Of a stretch of 17,855 bases of DNA, positions 15,784 to 17,855 are shown in pieces. How positions within the stretch are numbered: the first letter of the stretch is position 1; every line of letters begins with the position of its first letter. The position numbers were made by a program, and so were the translations under genes. Below the pieces are notes generated by a model, which was not told the DNA's origin, searched no databases, and worked only from the letters and a program-made list of their open reading frames with translations. Source of the DNA: Candidatus Methylomirabilia bacterium (GTDB lineage: Bacteria > Methylomirabilota > Methylomirabilia > Rokubacteriales > CSP1-6); contig JBHIBG010000053.1 in the NCBI GenBank assembly GCA_046758965.1, positions 1 to 17,855 on the forward strand. The letters are read 5' to 3'.

Positions 15784-17634
15784 ATGATCGATCCGAAGGC
15801 TGCTGACAAGGAGCTTCAGTTCTATATTCGTCCGCAGACGTTTCCGGTGGCGGTCCGCATGCTTAGGCCGGGCGAGGAGATCCCCGAAAAGGCCAAGCGG
15901 CCGGCCCGCGACTTCAAGAAGCTCTCGATGAACTGCCAGGTCATCGACATGTCCCGGCGCTACGGGTGGATGATCGCGCTGACCCGCGAGGATCACATCT
16001 GCTCGCTCGGGATCACCGCGCTGGGCCTCGACCAGCCCACTCACCTCTACAGCTCCGGAACTCTCTGCGAGGGAATGTACACGGAGACCAAAGACGCCGG
16101 CCAGCGCTCCGAAGCGGCCGTGGACAAGTTCTCGCCGGGTGAATACTTCTGCCTGCTCGTCTCCCCGCTCGATCGCTGCACCTTCGAGCCGCACCTGGTG
16201 GTGATCTACGCCACCCCTGCTCAGGTCATGCGCCTGGTTCAGGCGACTCTCTGGAAGCGGGGAGGCAAGCTTGCCTCCTCCTTCGAGGGGCGGATCTCCT
16301 GCTCCGAGATCATTGTGACCACCATGAAGACCAAAGAGCCCCAGGTGATCCTTCCCTGCTCCGGCGACCGCATCTTCGGCCAGACCCAGGACCACGAGAT
16401 GGCGTTCACCATCCCATGGGAGCAGATGGAGGTGATCGTCGAGGGGCTCCGGGGCACCCACGCCGGGGGCATCCGGTATCCGATCACCCAGTTCATGGAG
16501 TATGAGGCCAAGCTCCCGCCCCGGTACATGGAGGTGAACAAGCTCTGGGACGTCCAGCAGGGGAAGGCTCAGTACACCCCCCGGGACCGCGTCGTGGCGG
16601 CCTCGAGGGGCACGTTTGCCGATCGGGTTCCGGTATATCCGATCGCCGGCTCCTTCGCCGGCTGTCTGGACGGCCTATCCATCGAGGAGTACTGCACCAA
16701 CCCCAAGAAGGCCGTCAAGGCGATGCTGAACTACTACGAGCGCTACCAGCCGGATGTGATGCTGGCCTACAACGACCTGGCCAAGGAGGCCGAGGCCGTC
16801 GGCTGCAAGGTGAAGTATTCCGACTACGTGGTCCCCTCAATCGCCACACATGTGCTCCAGGACGACAAGGGGAAGCTGGCCAAGCTGGAGATCCCGGATC
16901 CCTACAAGGACGGCCGCCTGCCGGGATTCCTTGAGCAGTGCGAGGCCCTGTCGAAGGCCAATTTCCCCAGTGCCCTCGGCGCGGTGCTGGTAGGGCCCTG
17001 GACGATCGCCATGCTCATGCGGAACCCCGAGGTGATGCTTCTCGACACCTTCGAGGACCCGGAGTTCATCCACGCGCTGATGCGATTCACCACCGAGTAC
17101 GCAACGCGCTTCGGCGACGCGGTGATCGAGACCAAGATCGGCTTGTCCTACTCCGACCCCACCGCCTCCTGCAGCCTCGTCGGGCCCGACACGTACCGGG
17201 AGTTCATCAAGCCGTACCACAAGGAGCTGGTGGACTACTTCAAAGCCAAGAAGGTCAATGTCACCGTTCACATTTGCGGCACGACCCACCCGATCTACGA
17301 GGACCTGCTCGAGGTCGGGTTCTCCACCATCACCATCGACATCGACCAGCAGGCCGACCCCGCGCTGAAGGTCGACCAGCTCAGCCGGCTCGTCGAGGTG
17401 GCGTCCCCGCGCAAGGTCGTCACCATCGGCAACGTGGACGCCACGATCTTCGAGGTCGCCACAAAGGAGCAGATGGAGGCGGAGGTTCGGCGCTGCATCG
17501 ATAGCGCCGCCCGCTACTCCCGCTACGTCCTGTCGACCTCCTGCGAGCTGCCGCCCCGCGCCAAGCCCGAGATCGTCCAGTGGTTCATGGATGCCGGCCG
17601 CGACTACGGCCGCTACGAGCGGATCATCGGATAG
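15784..17634 (+). CDS. Fusion of a DUF169-like domain (about aa 1-245) and a UroD/MetE-superfamily MtaA/CmuA-like zinc methyltransferase domain (about aa 264-616)
   Basis: N-terminal half: 'TFPVAVR', 'NCQVIDMSRRYG', 'ICSLG', 'PHLVVIYATPAQVMRLVQA', 'PCSGDRIFG...EMAFTIP'. C-terminal half: 'TPRDRV...DRVPVYP', 'EAEAVGC', 'PDPYKDGRLP', 'GPWTIA', 'DPTAS', 'YREFIKPY', H496-I-C498, 'GNVD', 'LSTSC587EL'. The HemE 'MRQAGR' motif is absent. Confidence 0.85.
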   Translation: MIDPKAADKELQFYIRPQTFPVAVRMLRPGEEIPEKAKRPARDFKKLSMNCQVIDMSRRYGWMIALTREDHICSLGITALGLDQPTHLYSSGTLCEGMYTETKDAGQRSEAAVDKFSPGEYFCLLVSPLDRCTFEPHLVVIYATPAQVMRLVQATLWKRGGKLASSFEGRISCSEIIVTTMKTKEPQVILPCSGDRIFGQTQDHEMAFTIPWEQMEVIVEGLRGTHAGGIRYPITQFMEYEAKLPPRYMEVNKLWDVQQGKAQYTPRDRVVAASRGTFADRVPVYPIAGSFAGCLDGLSIEEYCTNPKKAVKAMLNYYERYQPDVMLAYNDLAKEAEAVGCKVKYSDYVVPSIATHVLQDDKGKLAKLEIPDPYKDGRLPGFLEQCEALSKANFPSALGAVLVGPWTIAMLMRNPEVMLLDTFEDPEFIHALMRFTTEYATRFGDAVIETKIGLSYSDPTASCSLVGPDTYREFIKPYHKELVDYFKAKKVNVTVHICGTTHPIYEDLLEVGFSTITIDIDQQADPALKVDQLSRLVEVASPRKVVTIGNVDATIFEVATKEQMEAEVRRCIDSAARYSRYVLSTSCELPPRAKPEIVQWFMDAGRDYGRYERIIG

Positions 17635-17673
17635 CGAAAGAGAATCGAGGCGGGCTAGCCCGAACGTCGAACG

Positions 17674-17855
17674 CTAGAACGTCATCACGGAGTCGAGGGG
17701 AAGAGGCGCGGCCTGAACCTCGCTCCCGACCGGCAGCTCGCAGATCATGTATCCCCGCGGCCGCGGCATGGCATGCTGAGGTTGCCCTTGCCCTGCCCCC
17801 GAGAGGTCGAACACCGCCACGAGCGCCCCCACGATCACCAACGCCATGAACAGCC
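17674..17855 (-). CDS. Probable small exported or membrane-anchored hypothetical protein (possibly partial at the right edge)
   Basis: The minus frame is open from 17853 to TAG at 17676-17674: LFMALVIVGALVAVFDLSGAGQGQPQHAMPRPRGYMICELPVGSEVQAAPLPLDSVMTF. It has a hydrophobic N-terminal stretch, is convergent with the fusion gene, and is absent from the supplied ORF track. Confidence 0.4.
   Translation of the reverse strand, partial: LFMALVIVGALVAVFDLSGAGQGQPQHAMPRPRGYMICELPVGSEVQAAPLPLDSVMTF

Noticed and set aside
16573..17634. Calling the C-terminal domain uroporphyrinogen decarboxylase (hemE)
   Set aside because: It lacks the MRQAGR substrate-binding motif, has the HxC...C zinc motif of methyltransferases, and no tetrapyrrole genes are nearby.
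4613..17634. A single halomethane-degradation pathway linking the dehalogenase with the CmuA/MtaA-like fusion
   Set aside because: The genes are 10 kb apart with unrelated housekeeping genes between them, the chemistries differ, and no corrinoid-binding protein is encoded in the window.
1..17855. CRISPR array, tRNA/rRNA, IS element, prophage or anti-phage defence system
   Set aside because: I saw no regularly spaced repeats, cloverleafs, transposase, integrase or phage genes. The cyclase sits in a two-component operon with no cNMP-binding effector gene, so the arrangement is not Pycsar-like.

Overview
GC-rich bacterial chromosomal segment, densely coding, with no rRNA, tRNA, CRISPR array or mobile element that I can recognise. 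Left to right: (-) a two-gene respiratory-type molybdoenzyme operon (a 4Fe-4S ferredoxin/NrfD-type membrane anchor fusion plus a Mo/W-bisPGD catalytic subunit with no Tat signal); (-) a haloalkane dehalogenase; (+) a three-gene signalling operon (Cache-like/HAMP/2xGAF histidine kinase, DivK-like single-domain receiver, receiver-class III nucleotidyl cyclase with non-canonical base-selecting residues); two decayed branched-chain amino acid ABC transporter fragments (livH-like, livG-like) flanking a family-5 uracil-DNA glycosylase; (+) an isoaspartyl peptidase/asparaginase; (-) a PlsC-type acyltransferase, a DksA/TraR zinc-finger protein behind a sigma54-like promoter, a small 'Virulence_fact'-type protein and an ACT-domain malic enzyme; (+) a 616-aa fusion of a Cys-rich DUF169-like domain to an MtaA/CmuA-like (UroD-superfamily) zinc methyltransferase domain. 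The best candidates for undescribed biology are that fusion and its neighbourhood, the atypical cyclase in a divK-pleD-like cassette, and the Tat-less two-subunit molybdoenzyme. All family assignments come from motif recognition by eye; no database searches were run.
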